Part shown: one piece after another, positions 1 to 13,800 of the stretch
Layout of the letters: every line of letters starts with the position of its first letter
How positions within the stretch are numbered: position 1 is the stretch's first letter
Assembly: GCA_002633005.1 (NCBI GenBank)
Contig: NMRA01000974.1
Span: 1 to 64,000 of the forward strand
Direction: 5' to 3'
DNA length: 64,000 nucleotides
Source of the DNA: Phoronis australis
Lineage: Eukaryota; Animalia; Phoronida
Notes under the pieces: generated by a model
Database searches by the model: none
The model's input: the letters and a program-made list of their open reading frames with translations, nothing else
What the model was told of the DNA's origin: nothing
Translations under genes and position numbers: made by a program

Positions 1-611
1 TTGACACATTCTGTCCATTTTTATGATGCTAATAAACACCGTCCCCTGGAAGGATACTGTCTACGGTGCAGTCGGCCTATTTTAATCCTCTTGTTGGTTT
101 TAACACTTAAAGGCAGCTATGAAAGAAGTGAACTTTTGGTTTAGACCACTTATGGCTATAAAATTAGCCTCCACTCAGATAAGGAGTGCTTTCTCAGTGT
201 GCACAGAACTAGCAGTTGAAGCCAATTTGTAGAGCCTGGTCTCGGCAATAACAAGCTGCTTGTTCTTTGGAAGCCCTGAAACCACCTGTAATTTGATTAC
301 CGAACAATGGAGACCATTTTCATAACATTAAGTGCTCTAAAAGCGAAAGCTGGTGATACAAGGAGGGTTTGTGTCAACTTCTTGGTTTCATTTCAACAGG
401 ACTGTTAACATCTCAACATTGGGGGGGGGGTTTGGAAAGATGATTGTTGATTAATGAGAGGGGTTCTGGCAATGTCATCAATTTTGATAAATACAGGACA
501 GTGCAAGACACAAATTGTGCAAAGTAGTAAAATCAGATGTAAAAAGTATGTAGGAATCATTTAAAGTAGATTATAATTGCGATAATCATTGTTCTCAACA
601 ATGCTTTCAAG

Positions 612-765
612 GCTGACGTGGATTACTTCAGTCTTACTCCAAACTGACATTGATTACTTCACAGTCAAGACCCTAACTTAAACCAACATTGGTTACTTCA
701 CAGTCAGACTCCAACTTAACTCACTGATGTTGGTTTTCACAGTCGGACTCTTAATGAAAATTACA
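612..765. repeat. Degenerate ~38-bp tandem repeat (about 4 copies) in the putative CDCA8 3' UTR
   Basis: Recurrent TTACTTCACAGTC(A/G)GACTC core. Confidence 0.5.
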
Positions 766-1539
766 TTTCATTACTAATCATCGCAACAGTTTACCCAGTA
801 TTTCAAGCATAGTATGCTCCACAACTCAGGTTTGGCAGCTTACGTCCTGTCATTTTCCAATCAACTATTTTAGGGCAACTGCTGCAACAGAGACAAATGA
901 CTAGGAATTTTTAATGGACCCTAAATCCTTATTAAACTTTGTACTCACATTTATAAATGGTTCCTAAGAAACAAAATTATGGAAGTAAATGAAGCAGACA
1001 TAGTTGAAGCAGTGTCCAAGAGCAGAACACATACGTCATGTCACTTATCAGTGTTCAAATGTATTAGTCACCACTGCAGCTTGAAGGGTGATGAGTTGAG
1101 TTCAGCAGCTTGTAAAAACACAACTATCCTTCTGTTTATAAAAGATTCCATTTGCAGACTACAACATATGTACATTTTAGGTCACTCGTTTTTATCAACT
1201 ATGTTCCTTGGGAATGCCAAGCCAAGCCATGATTCATTTCAACATTTGTTGAAGAAGTTATCAATCCTGTAGGAAGACCGCATACCTGCACCTTCACAGG
1301 CGTGACCTTCAAGAAGTGGTAAACACCTCATCTTTGTTTACCGGAAACGTAGAGTGTCGGAAGAGCTTCAAGAATTATGGACACCAGCGCACTGTAAAAT
1401 TGACACCTCTCACGCTAAAGAACATACACAAATTTGAATTGTGCTACGACTACATATTCCAGTTCAGACAGGCGTTCACATTCGCTCCAGCAATAAACAC
1501 TGCAAAGTGAGTCACTAATAGTACTTGGGGGCCCTCTGT

Positions 1540-4500
1540 CTACTTCACCTGTTGTAGGAGGGCACCCAATTTCTCATGCAGTTTCTGTATATTTTCAATA
1601 GCGCCACTATCGAGTGTAGGAATCTCCATATTCTCCACTTCTGCTGCAGCATCCAGAAGAATCTACAATGGAAGCAAGACATATGTCAACACAAATGCTA
1701 CATAATCACATCAAACTACAATTTTGTGACTTTCACATCAAATTAACATTTCTTTAGAATTGGGCGGGTTTCAAAAACACCGAATTGCTGTCAATAACTG
1801 AAATTACATACAGCGCATACAAAACTATTGGAATTGAAAAAAGCACAAAGCTGGTGCTTGGTAACAAGCGGACCCTTGAGAGAAGAGTGTGATATGCAGT
1901 GCAGACTGGAGCTGGACTGACTTTCTTACCTGCCTTGAACCGTCCCCTGTCCCCTGCACTGCCAATGGACTGCCTGCCATGGACATCACTCTTTCACCTG
2001 GTTTAGGGTTACGCAACATGCCTGGTGTTACTGGTAGCCTACAAACACAAAGTTCACACTCATAACTATAGTCACGGATGTGACTGTGTATTAGTTGAAG
2101 GCAAACAAACAGATTGGGGTGGTGAAAGGAAATGTGAATTGAGTAGTACCAATAAATGTTTCAGCTTATGTCGGAATTTCAGCAAATGTGCAGCTCTAAA
2201 ACAGCGAACAGAACTGTACCTATTCCAAGGTACCTAAACTACACGGTCAACGGACTCATAAACACGGGCACGGACGCATGAACACGACTCACGGACCTGC
2301 AAACACCGTCCACTGACTCACAAACACGGGAACGGACTCACAAAACACGATCCACGCACCCAAATACACGGGACACGGACTCATATTCACGAGGAAACAC
2401 GGTTAACGGACTGCCAAACACGGGTCACGGACTCATCGGCTTTCTGGGTCAGCTGACATCTTCATTTTGTTCGTAACCCGTGTTTGGCGGTCCGTTAACC
2501 GTGTTTCCTCGTGAATATGAGTCCGTGTCCCGTGTATTTGTTTGCGTGGATCGTGTTTTGTGAGTCCGTTCCCGTGTTTGTGAGTCAGTGGACGGTGTTT
2601 GCAGGTCCGTGAGTCGTGTTTATGAGTCCGTTGACGGTGTAGTTTAGGTACCTTGTATTCTGGTCTGCTCTGTATACAGAGGGAGACAACTAGAAAGAAT
2701 AATAAAAATGGCCATTAAACACCACAGTGACAAAAAAACATCAAATCCATCCCAAAACAGAAAGGTGCTGTTATAACAGTAACTGTTTGCTAAACTTCAT
2801 GAAAAGCCGCCAATAAGAACTCTTAAGATACAGAAGCAAACATCAAAGTCTGGAGAGCACAGTGGTAGCCAGACTCATCCAAAAGTCACATGGGAAGACG
2901 TCACATTTATAGGATAACACATCCAAAATTACAGTCACACATCAACAGGAACACTTCTCTTTTTGGGGCGGTTTGGCAGATAAAATGGCAAATGCCAAAA
3001 TGGGCTCAAATTTTCTAATGTCTACTAGGTGGCGCAGAATACATCAACAAAACAAGAAAGCATTGCAGTCTCCTTAATGGATTGAAACCTATAAGCCAAA
3101 TTTCATGAAAATACACTGAGAAACTCCAAAGATACAGAGGTAAACATAAAAAGCTTAAATTGCCACCAAGGGCACAGTGGTAGTCAGATCGGTCCAAAAT
3201 TTGCTGTGATCTGTCGTCAGCATCATAAGAACACAACGGTCGAATCTTATCAAGATCTTGCGAGGAGTTTAAGACATACATCAGCGAACGGTGAACTGAG
3301 ATGATGGCAACATGCAGCCACACATGTGAGCAAATAAAAATGACCAATAGGTGACATAAATATACCAAATCTACTAAAAAATAACAAGATGTCATCATCT
3401 TATAGAAACCAAGGAACACAAAAGGAACAGAGGAAAACGTAAAAAAATAAACTTGTCACTAAGAGTACACTGGTTGTCGGATTCGTCTGAAAATTTGCTA
3501 ATGCTGTCTCATCCATGATAGGAATATGTCGCCAACATTTCACAAAATTCCACCATGGAGATTCAGCAGTGGATACTGGAAGGGGGAGATGAAGACAGGA
3601 TAATGCATAGATTCAGCAGTGGATACTGGAAGGGGGAGATGAAGACAGGATAATGCATAGATTCAGCAGTGGATACTGGAAGGGGGAGATGAAGACAGGA
3701 TAATGCATAGATTCAGCAGCGGATACTGTAAGGGGGACATGAAGACAGGATAATGCATTGACATATAAATAATATTGACTGCATAAGAACAAACTAAAAG
3801 AAAGCTTTCTTCTCCATATATTCTGGCACACAAACAGGCATTTGTTCACTTTACGCTGACTAAATTCATGAACTCATAGACTCATGAGCTGACTATCAAA
3901 TATGATTGACCAACTGCTAAACACTGCCCAACTCACAAAAACACGCTTACGCACCCCCAAAACCACAGTCCAATGACTCACAAAGTCATGACTAGACTAA
4001 CATATATGACATACAAGGTCCCTGTCAGGCAGTCAGTGAGCCGAGTTTATGAGTTGGGAGCCATGTTTTTGGCTACATAGACAGTGGTTTGCAAATTCAG
4101 CATCATGTGTTGTGGTCAGCAAGCTCCGTTTACCAGTCAGTGAACTGAGTTTACCAGGCCAACGAGTCATTTTCAGTCATGAACAATGTCCATGAGTACA
4201 ACAGTCATGTTGTTTTCACCCCTTAATGTGGAGAAAGGTTCAACATAGTACTTAGTGTTCACAGACACTTTAAGGATACTAAGCTGATCTCACTTAGAAT
4301 GGGAAGAGGCTGTTATTGACAAAAGGAACAACCAGAAATTGACTCAGAGTGCAGCCACATACCTTGGATCAAACTTGGGTGTAACAAGAGGAGTCTCCCA
4401 GCCGGCTCGACTGGGTCCACCCTTCACAGCAGGCGTCCTCAGCTCTCGCGTCTGGGTTCGCCTATAACAGACACAGTTGGGGACCGTTCACAACTATCGC

Positions 4501-7500
4501 CATTTTCATGAGAGCACAGACTGTACGCTTTTGAGGTAGGGGGTCGGGGCTTACTGCTAATGTGTGCTTTTGGCGTCATAAAAATGAGTAGTTCAGATAA
4601 CAGAAGTCAACATTTCTAATTACTTTTTCACATCATGAAAATATGACAAATAGCAAAAATATCACCAAGATCCAACCAGACAAAAACTAAATACAAGTAC
4701 ATTGTTTGATGTATGCTTTATTTTCATGCCACATCACTGCACAAACCAACACTCTAGTATTTAATTTTCTTGATTGAAGCACATTTGCAGTTTAACAGAT
4801 AAAAAAATGACATAGTTCATAAAAAATTGCCATTTTTGCATGCCATTGGGGCAAGGAAGGGGGTCGGGGAAAAGCGTACATTTTGTAAACTTATAAAAAT
4901 GAAGACAATTATTGTGAACAGTCACACACAACTCAACATACATAACCTTACCACAAATAATGGCAACTTTACCCAATGTTGACATCTACACAGCACAAAC
5001 CACGCTAATAAAAATCCAACAAGAGAGCATCTAATAAAAGGAGACAACCTCCTCAATACTCCTAGGTTTAGCACATGAGTGTCCTACATAGTCTAGCATG
5101 GTTATGCCTCTTTTAACTTTTATAAGTCAAAAACCCTGTAGCATTGCTTCACTTCAAGAGGCTGACACCACAAAACAAAATTGCCACTAAGAAGCGCACA
5201 ACATAACTGAACTGCCTTGTCATCCCCTCCTTGATCAAAACACATTTGTCAATATCAATACATCCTTCCAGAGACTTGGCAGATCTTAAAGCAAAACACT
5301 AACTGTAACTACAATTGCCACCGAGTGGCACTGTAGTGGCCAAATTTGCCCAAACATAGCCCTCATTTGTTGTCGCCCTCATAGGAACACATATGCCAGA
5401 CTACACGAAAATTCTGCAAGAGGAACTACAATACTGCAGACACAAATGTGATGCAAGAGTAAGTGGTAGCTAAGCCTGTGTATTACCTTGTTCTCTGTGT
5501 GCTGGGTGGAGGCATGTTGGTACTATCTACCAGGGCAGAAGTCTTCTTACCACGAGTTGTTCGACTCTGTAACGTGTTAAACAAGATCAATAAATGTAAT
5601 AAGTTTAACACACCAAATGAAATTAGAACTGAACATTTAGTCATTTGTCAGGGCTTCACTACATTGTCTCCCACTGCCTCGGGATGCATGTACTATATAA
5701 ACTACAATTGCAATAGGTTAATATGAAGTTTGAGTAAAGACAAGCCAGGAGTCTGTTTCATGAAAAGTGCTTTATAGACCTAAGACAAAAATTTCACATC
5801 GCAATTGCTGGATAAAGTTTTAACCTAGTAATTATGAGTGCATCACTGTTCAGAAATAATTTATAGAAATCATCCCCGTAACTAGCAGTGACGTGCATAT
5901 TCTCAGTGGTACTTATTTTGGCTCAACTGAGATTCAACTATTTTTCAGACATGATTGTGTAAGACCCAATTTCCAATTAAAGCCTCAAATCATTTTCATG
6001 AAACGGATCCCAGAGGAATATCTTTGCAATAGTTTATTTCCAACTTTTCTGAAAATGTCCATTCCTGAAAATTTCGCTTTAAACATTGATCTTTCATACA
6101 GTGCATGATGCGATGTAGCTTATACATTTATACTTATGACCTTGAAAATGACGTCAAGGTCAACGAATTCAGCTGGCACCAGGAAATGCCCCACCTGAAC
6201 CTCCGTGCATAATATCAAACAAAATGTAAAGCTGCTGTCTAGAGATATCACACCAACATTTTTCAAGATGGTGATAGGGCAGTTGGTAAACAGCGGTCTG
6301 CATTCACGAATGGATTTAATGTAGTGGGATAGTTTTCAGTGTTTCAATGTCAAGGTCATAAAATTGACTGGCACCTGAAGGTGCCCCACCTGCAACTTGG
6401 AACAAAATATAAACAAAATCTAAGGCTCTCATCTCAACATACTGCATCAGCAACTTTTTCTCAAGTGAAAACTGATTTCATCACTCTGACCTTAAAAAGG
6501 ATGTCACCGTCACAAAAAATTGGGGATGGTCCACCTACATCTTGGTACAAAATACAAAAAAGAAAACTTCATTCTTGAGGTATTCTCGACACTTGGTTGT
6601 AAATACTTTGCCAACCGCTAACGTACAGTAGGGAACAACATGCAGTTGCTGGAAGAGGCCAACACATATTTACTAGATACAAAAGGGAATTCTTTTGATT
6701 AATGCTTGCAAACTTGTCACCAAGTGTACCAAATAAACTGAAAACAATTTTGAAAACGAAGTAAAAAATAAATAAAACTTCACACGAATGCAGTGCAAAT
6801 AACATGCAGTAAGTCCCTTGGGAATGAATATTTGACTTTTATCGGCCCATTATCATCATTTTTGGTGTTAGTTATACTTTCCTCAGAACATCAACTTACA
6901 TATTCTAGAAGAAAATGTGTATAGCCTCATAAACCAAGATGTGAGTAAACGTTTGCAAAAGATTGTGTGAACCCGCAAAACCAGCGCATACACAGGCTAA
7001 TCAACACAGAGTATGCATGGGTGAAAGAATTCACAGTTGATCTACGACAATCAAAACCACGTCCTTCATGACTGAAGAAGGCATGGGGAACATTGTCGAC
7101 ACCATGATTACAAAGAATGGTGCACACTGATAAAAATGTGCTCCTCCAAAACTAACTAACACTACGATATATAAATGAAGCAGTAAAGCCGAAGATCACC
7201 TTCTTTACAGTGGTTGGTACAGGGGCCTCATCCTGATCACACTCTTCTTCTTCTGCTATTGTGTCACATGACATCACAGTCTTCTTGACGGTACGTGACG
7301 ATTTCTCACTGAAACAACAGTCAAGAATGGCGCACACAATGAAACATGTCCCTTGTCATTATGGTTTTCTTGAATGCTTCTCATCAAAACAGCACAAAAT
7401 GATTCTACAACACTACCACAATGTCGAGCAAGAGAAACTTCTTGGTAAGAATTTAGTATCACATGATGCACCACAGACACTGTGGAATACAGCAGGAGTA

Positions 7501-10500
7501 CTGAAGGACACAACAGTAACACTGTAGGATACAATAGGGACACTGTAGGATACAGCAGGGTAATTATAGAATACAGCAAAGACACAGTAGAATACAGCAG
7601 AAACACTGTGTGATACAGCAGGGTACACTACCAGAGCCTTTTCAGAGATCTGTAAGTTTGACCACACATCACTACAGACTGTTTCGAAGGTTTTATTAAT
7701 CAGACATCACACGGCTGTTGCTAACCTTGATTTGGCTACTTTTTGATCAATTGAGTTGGCTAGTGAGTCCACGATCTCATCTGTTGTCTTCATCTCTATA
7801 TCAGATACATTGCCTCCAAGCTCTGAAAACATAATGAGATATATGTATACTTAACTGCCATTCACAATGTAGTAAATTCTTGAAACTTTGTTTGGATATT
7901 CCCTCTGCTTGAGCAATTACCCAATTCAAATGCACAGCTTTTAGCATCATTACAATGTTCAACGCTGAACAATGATCTGCCCATTTTGTGACATAAGTGG
8001 CTACTTTCAGAATTGTCAAGAGGACCCAAAAAATAAGACCACATCGAATTAGACCAGTTGCAAATACAAATCAGCATTCTTATCTACAATTAGTCACTGC
8101 ATGATTTATTCATTTAATATTGCTTAAAATCACATTTCCTCACCACGTGCAACCTGAATACGGAAACCGTTTAACCTCAAAAACTTTTTTATGATAGCTT
8201 TTGCCATTGTCTAAATAAATTAACAGGTCACTTGTAACGTATCTATGCAAAAGACTTGGAATGGTGAGCAATGTAACTGTTCAGCTATTAAATAAAACAT
8301 TCTTAGTCAAGCATGCAACACCTACATATTATTTCTACTGCAGCTTTAATAGATTCTAAGGGAGAGTTTCCACATACTTACTCATGAAATCAGATCTTTT
8401 CATGTCTCTTATTCTCTGAAACAACAGACACAAGTCAGTAAAAAAGATTTCGACTACAAGTTTACAGCTACACATAAGCAACAAATCATGCCTCAACCAG
8501 TAAGCCTACAACCACTTCACAAGTAAGTTTAGTTAGATCAAGATCAAAGATAACTGGTAGAAGAACAGAGACAATCTATGAAAATACCGTTAACTGCCAG
8601 TTCCCCACACACAATACAGAACAAGAACAGTGCCCATTATTGCATTGCAAACAGTATGTTTCTTGGAGTGTTTATTAGTGTCACGAAAATGGCCACAAGA
8701 TGATACAAAATTATCTAACACGTCCACAAATAGTAACATCTCAATAACAGAAACCTATTTGCCAAATTTCCTGAAAATCCATCTTGCAACTCCAAAGATA
8801 CAGCAGCTATCGTGAAAAAAATAAAATTACCACAATGAGGAACAGCAGAAGATGGATCTGTTCAAAAAGTTGTCACCTGTTGCCACATTTATAGGAATAC
8901 ACTTGCCAAATTTGACAAGAGCAACGCGTAGCATTGAAATGCACCCACGAATGCATCGCAAATTGTGTGCTTTTAGGGTTGTTTATTTGTGTCATAAAAA
9001 TGGCCAGTAGATGGCGCAAAAATGTACAATCCACACGAAGACGGGCACATGTCATTGCTTCTTTAATAGAAAGCTATACACTAAATTTCATAGAAATCTG
9101 TCACGGAATTTCAGAGAAACAAAGGAAAACAGAATGAAATGAAATACCCACTAGGGGGCACACTGTTCATTGGATCTGCCTGAAAGTCGTCATTGTCTGT
9201 TGTTAGCTTCATATAAATACACTTACTAATTAAATTTAATAAAGATCCTGCAGTGGGTTTAGGAGATACAGTTATGGGAGTAAAACAAAACAAAACTACC
9301 ACTAGGAGGCGCCACAGCAGTCAAAGTTGTCATCGTCAACCGGCCTCTTAACACTGAGAACATATACGCCAATTTTCAAAACCATCCTTAGAATGATTTG
9401 GTTGATAGAGGGTAGACACCAAAATAAAAAAACAGCAAAAATGGCCACTAAGTGGCGCACAATACCATGATTCCTTCCGAAAATGGGAGGATAGCGTCAT
9501 CTCACCAATAGATATTCAATAATTTTATGAAAATCTGTTGAGGACCTTTGAAGATACAGAGGTAAACGTAAAATTAAAGTTGCCACCAGGGGGCACACCA
9601 GTGCCAGATCCATCAGAAATTGTCATCACCCGTTGTCAACATCATGTTAAATTTAGTAAAGATCCTCCAAACAATTTAGGAGATACAGCCATGGGCGCAA
9701 AAAACAAAACTGCCATTAGGAGGCACCACAGTAGTCGAAGTCATCAGAAAATCACTGTCAGCTGTCCACTTCATTGTAAAAACATACATGCCAATTTTCA
9801 CAATTATCTTGAAAGGGGTTTGGTTGATAGAGAGGTGGACACCAAAAAACAGTAAATATGGCAACTAGGTGGCGCAAACTAGATCGAATCCATCTGATAA
9901 CAGAAAGATGGCGTCACCTCACTAACAGAACCCTGTACACCAAATCTTATGAAAATACGTTGAGCAGCTTTGAAGATACAGAGGTAAACGTAAAAAAAAC
10001 TTGCCACCGGGGGGCACACCGGTAGTCAGATCCGTTCGAAAGTCGTCATCATCCACTGTCATCATCATATAAATGCCCTCACTAAATTTAGTAAAGATCC
10101 TGCAAACGGTTTAGGAGATAAGAGCCATAGGTGCAAAAAACAAAACTGCCACTAGGAGGCACCACAGTAGTCAAAGTCATCAGAAAATCATCGTCAACCG
10201 TCCTCTTCATAGTAAGAACATACATGCCAATTTTCACAATCACGCTTAGAGCGGTTTGGTTGATAGAGGAGTGGACGCTAAAAAACTCGAAAACAGTAAA
10301 AATGGCACAAACTACGTCAAATCCATCCGAAAAAGGGAGGACACCGTCGTCTCACTAATAGATGCCTATAAACCACATTTCGTGAAAATATGTTGAGGAG
10401 CTTTGAAGATACAGATGTAAACGTAAAAAAACTAAAATTGGCAATAGGGGGCACACAGAGGCACTATGAAGAGGTACACAGAAAAAATAAAACTGCCACA

Positions 10501-11612
10501 ATGGGACACAGCGGTTGTCAGACCTGCCCAAAAGTCATTGTAATCAGTTGCCAGGGGTTTAGGAGACACACCTCTGATGTAAAAAACAAACTTGCCACTA
10601 GACAATGTAGAACTTACTTTGGGTAACTTCATTAGCTCCATCCTGTAACAAGTTGACACTGAGTCACACAACTGCTTAGCCTGCTTTCTCATTCGATCAA
10701 TTCTGTTTTGTACTAGAAAAAGAAACATCATCAAATAACATACAACGCATTTAGAACTAAAGGTACTTGTGCCGTTTAAATACCACAGTGACAACAGTTT
10801 GCACGCTAAACCACTTTTATGTAGCATCACCTCTCTTGCTGCAATACATGAAAATAGTGCTTTCCTGCAATGGTTTAAAAACATGATTACATTTCAGCAA
10901 AAGAAATTAGCAACACAAATTAGGCAGAGCAAATATACACGTTCAAAATGGGCGAATAGAAGGTCACTGGCTGGCTATCCTGGTGGCGAGCCAATTTTCA
11001 GAGTGACCAAGCATGCTACTGTTCTTCTGTGAGTAGTTGAGATAAATAAAACGTCTCCTTACTGACAGTGGTGTATTTACTTGGACATTAGTATAGTAGC
11101 CCCAGTTGTCCACAAGAACAGCATACAGATGGAATTTATACATGATGTGACTTCTTTTGCAAAATTGGAGATTTTTGAATAGAGTTTACATATTAAAGTA
11201 GCAGACACCATAATTTTACTATTTTTGTTTTTTAATTACATATATTTTAAACTTCAAGATGTCCAGAAGTTAAGACTGAGGTGAACATTATTTCAAGCAT
11301 TGTGTCTGAGCATAACAATATAGCACATGTACAATATTTTGACATAACTGTTGATTTCAACCAAAGATTTTGACATCTCACAAATTTGACCTATTTGTCT
11401 GTGCTAAACTGTCAGCCTGTACAATTGTGAAGGTTATGGCCCTAGCAGCACCATACACGAATTCCACTTCCCATACCTTCATTGTCAAAATCCTTTAAGA
11501 ACAAGTGTAGTTTGTCCCTCCTCTCTTCCACAGTAAGTCCCTCTCCTTCACTGCCCTCTGGTGCCTTGGGTTTGGCACGTGACCCTGCTTTAGTTTGTCT
11601 TTTACGAGGCAT
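1540..11612 (-). CDS. CDCA8: Borealin (chromosomal passenger complex subunit), ~293 aa. Coding exons 11612-11477, 10712-10618, 8415-8382, 7822-7726, 7308-7200, 5566-5487, 4461-4363, 2038-1930, 1662-1540
   Basis: All introns are GT-AG with consistent phases and the exons sum to 882 nt. N-terminal LHLFLKDFDNEVQNRIDRM...YRMELMKLPKRIRDM, central TPLVTPKFDPRLPVTPGMLRNPKPGERVMSMAGSPLA and C-terminal LDSGAIENIQKL match Borealin as I recall it. Confidence 0.93.
2226..2655. mobile_element. Palindromic 430-bp MITE with CAAGG...CCTTG ends and a 5-bp TSD (TATTC)
   Basis: Inverted arms of ~200 bp built from ACGGACTCA-x-AACACG subrepeats. TATTC lies at 2221-2225 and 2656-2660. A second copy lies at 46005-46428. 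Confidence 0.9.
2700..3560 (+). mobile_element. Old, degenerate copy of the HINE/pearl-like element
   Basis: Shares AAATTTCATGAAAA, GATACAGAGGTAAAC, TTGCCACCAAGGGCAC and CTACTAGGTGGCGCA with the young copies. Confidence 0.7.
3559..3758. repeat. 50-bp minisatellite, 4 near-identical copies
   Basis: Unit AGATTCAGCAGTGGATACTGGAAGGGGGAGATGAAGACAGGATAATGCAT at 3559, 3609, 3659 and 3709. Confidence 0.95.
3860..4215. mobile_element. Highly diverged relative of the palindromic MITE at 2226
   Basis: ACTCA(C/T)A-type subrepeats on the left are mirrored by GAGTTTATGAGT-type subrepeats on the right. Confidence 0.45.
5170..5450 (+). mobile_element. Degenerate HINE-like fragment
   Basis: AAATTGCCACTAAGAAGCGC, TTGCCACCGAGTGGCAC and ATAGGAACACAT motifs. 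Confidence 0.55.
6110..6570. mobile_element. Degenerate repeat of a second family with a GACCTTGAA...TCAAGGTCA core
   Basis: About three degenerate subunits, each with TGACCTT(G)AAAA-n-TCAAGGTCA and CCCCACCTG. Confidence 0.45.
7477..7628. repeat. 21-bp minisatellite, ~7 copies
   Basis: Consensus ACACTGTAGGATACAGCAGGG. It explains the low-complexity ORFs 7274-7667. Confidence 0.85.
8915..10460 (+). mobile_element. HINE/pearl-like non-autonomous element, long copy 1 (3' end lost), nested in an older copy (8620-8914, 10460-10605)
   Basis: Starts ACAAGAGC and has subterminal ATGCACCCAC. About ten ~130-150-bp subunits carry CCACTAG(G/A)(G/T/A)GGC. High similarity to 24852-26815 and 59451-61212. 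Confidence 0.88.
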
Positions 11613-13098
11613 TCTGCAAAAAAACACCATTTAAGTACAAAATATATTATCAATTTGAATTTCATTGGTAACTATTGACTTGCCAACAGCAGCTCTGGAA
11701 GGTCATTGGTTAGTCCAGAATTATAAGTTTAAAGAGGCCTGGAATGCAATAAACAGACTAAATTGTAATATTGAAAGTGGTTCTCTGCCATTGAAACAAA
11801 ATTCAAACTGCTCACTAGGTATTTTAAGAGTTTGTTTGTCAAGATGTTTAATTTCTGTTGATATCAAAGCATTTTCTTTTAGCTTCAAATTTCAAAACAA
11901 CGATCAGTCAACTGCTTGCCACTTCGCCGATTTTTCTCCCACAAGGCAAGCACATCTCCTTATTTGGCAAGACATAGACGTAGCACATTTCCACAGTTTT
12001 TTCCATATTTAAAAATCGTTAATTTTGTGATTTTCAATCAAAATTTCCTCACAGGGGAAAGTGAATTACTCTGTACTAGATATTGTGTGATGGTACTTTC
12101 GTCAGGAATTGTTTAAAAGATATTTTTGACAAGCTTTCACATTCCATGCCTCTTTAAACCCATTATGGATGCATATTTTTAAAAATCTAGATGAATCTCT
12201 GATGCTCTACGTAGACACTTTATTGGAGTGTGTTGGTCAAACAAATGCTTGTTAACAATATGTACAGTAACAGGGCTGTCCCAGGTTACACAGTGACAGT
12301 ACTCTCCATTGTTTCATAGGTTAGAAAGCGCTGTCTAGGTATGGAATATCAAGCACATTTTCTCAGGTCATGTGTTTGGTAGTTTAAAAGTTTCAGAATT
12401 GAAAAGATATTCTCACGAAATGGGATTCTATTTAGTTCAAATCAATTCGATGAATTTGCTTCATCCACTCCCTCCGCATTTTCTTGACACAGCAGCAATA
12501 CTTTATTGGCATTGGAAGAATGAACACAGAGTAATGCAGCCAAGAAAAAAAATTGGAAATAATACAACAACACAGAACATGTGTAGCTCCAAAGCCAATG
12601 GAGCAAAATAAGAATACAAAAGCACTAGACTGACATTGCGACGCTACGGGTAAATACAACGAGATGCAAGTGTCACTGTGTAATATGGGTTGACCCCATG
12701 GATTTTTTGGCATCTGTACAAAATTCATCTCATGTATTTTAAATGGGGAGCAGCCCAAATCTGGTCAAAAATATATCTTATAGACTTAAACCTAAAATTT
12801 TGTCACTTAAAAATAAGCTTACTTTCCTCAGCGATTCTTTCGGGTTTTATACAGCTCAATGAAGCATGTCTACGGCAATTAAGATGACTTTGATGAAGAA
12901 TTCCAACTCCACTTTTTGGTTGCCTTTAACTTTTTCGCTGCGCACAATAACCCCAAAATACTTCAATTGACTTCACGACAGTCACACGAGTGAGTCAAAA
13001 AGCGCGACATAACTTCCTTAAATGGCACTCGGCAAGGGAAGCTCGAGTGTGTGTTCATCATAACCTAATGTGTATATAATATATCCATGCATCATTTG

Positions 13099-13154
13099 AT
13101 GTAGACAGTGACACCGTCTCTACCGCCAGTAGAGACGGTGGTCACTGTCTACAT
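13099..13154. repeat. Near-perfect inverted repeat (25-bp arms, 5-nt loop)
   Basis: ATGTAGACAGTGACACCGTCTCTAC-cgcca-GTAGAGACGGTGGTCACTGTCTACAT, with one bulge. Confidence 0.9.
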
Positions 13155-13719
13155 TCGATGCTATTCAGTATTCTGAAATAAGAAACCTTTTATGGGGATA
13201 TGCAATCGCCTGGGCTGTGGCGTCCATATGCAAATTACCTATCCTGCATGTTATATTGAGGAGAATTTGTACATTGTCATTGTCCCACTTTAGAGTACAC
13301 CATTGTCAAAGCATCTTCAGTCTGGTTCAATATAGCAGTCATTGTTTGAATGATCACTGAAGGAAAATTACCAGAGGCGAGGCTGTTGAACGTTTTCTCC
13401 TAATAACTTTAATGGAATATTTAACTTCAAGTTCAGGCAATCTTGAGATTAAGCGGAATTTTCCGACCAATTTAACGCACAGCAAATCAATCAACTTCCT
13501 GAGTAAGTTGTTCTCCAGGCCAGCCAGCCAGCTAGCTGTATGTAGTGCTTTGTACCAAGGCTGAAGTTGTTCATGCGACATTACGACATACAAAGTAGAT
13601 AATTGTTTTTGTTCATGAAATTAATTCAATTCTCCGTAATAGTTAATGGTGTTTCGCCAGTATACTTTACCTTGTTATGAAAGTTATTCGGTATAATTAC
13701 ACTTTTTCATGAGAAACCT

Positions 13720-13800
13720 TGCACCGCCATAAATTTGAACTTCTTAATTTAACCAATGAAATTGCTTCAAGTGGCCACGTGACAGAAAATGGCAGCGCCC
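13720..13800. promoter_or_regulatory. Candidate core promoter in the divergent CDCA8/C1orf109 interval
   Basis: TTTGAA (CHR-like, 13734), CCAAT (13753), GCCACGTGAC E-box (13776) and AAAATGGC (YY1-like, 13786) within ~70 bp. A plus-strand donor G|GTAACA follows at ~13850 and a minus-strand donor at ~13670. Confidence 0.55.

Noticed and set aside
3559-3758. CRISPR-like regular repeats (also 19645-20037 and 22746-22947)
   Set aside because: Head-to-tail units with no unique spacers, no cas genes and a eukaryotic intronic context. These are minisatellites.
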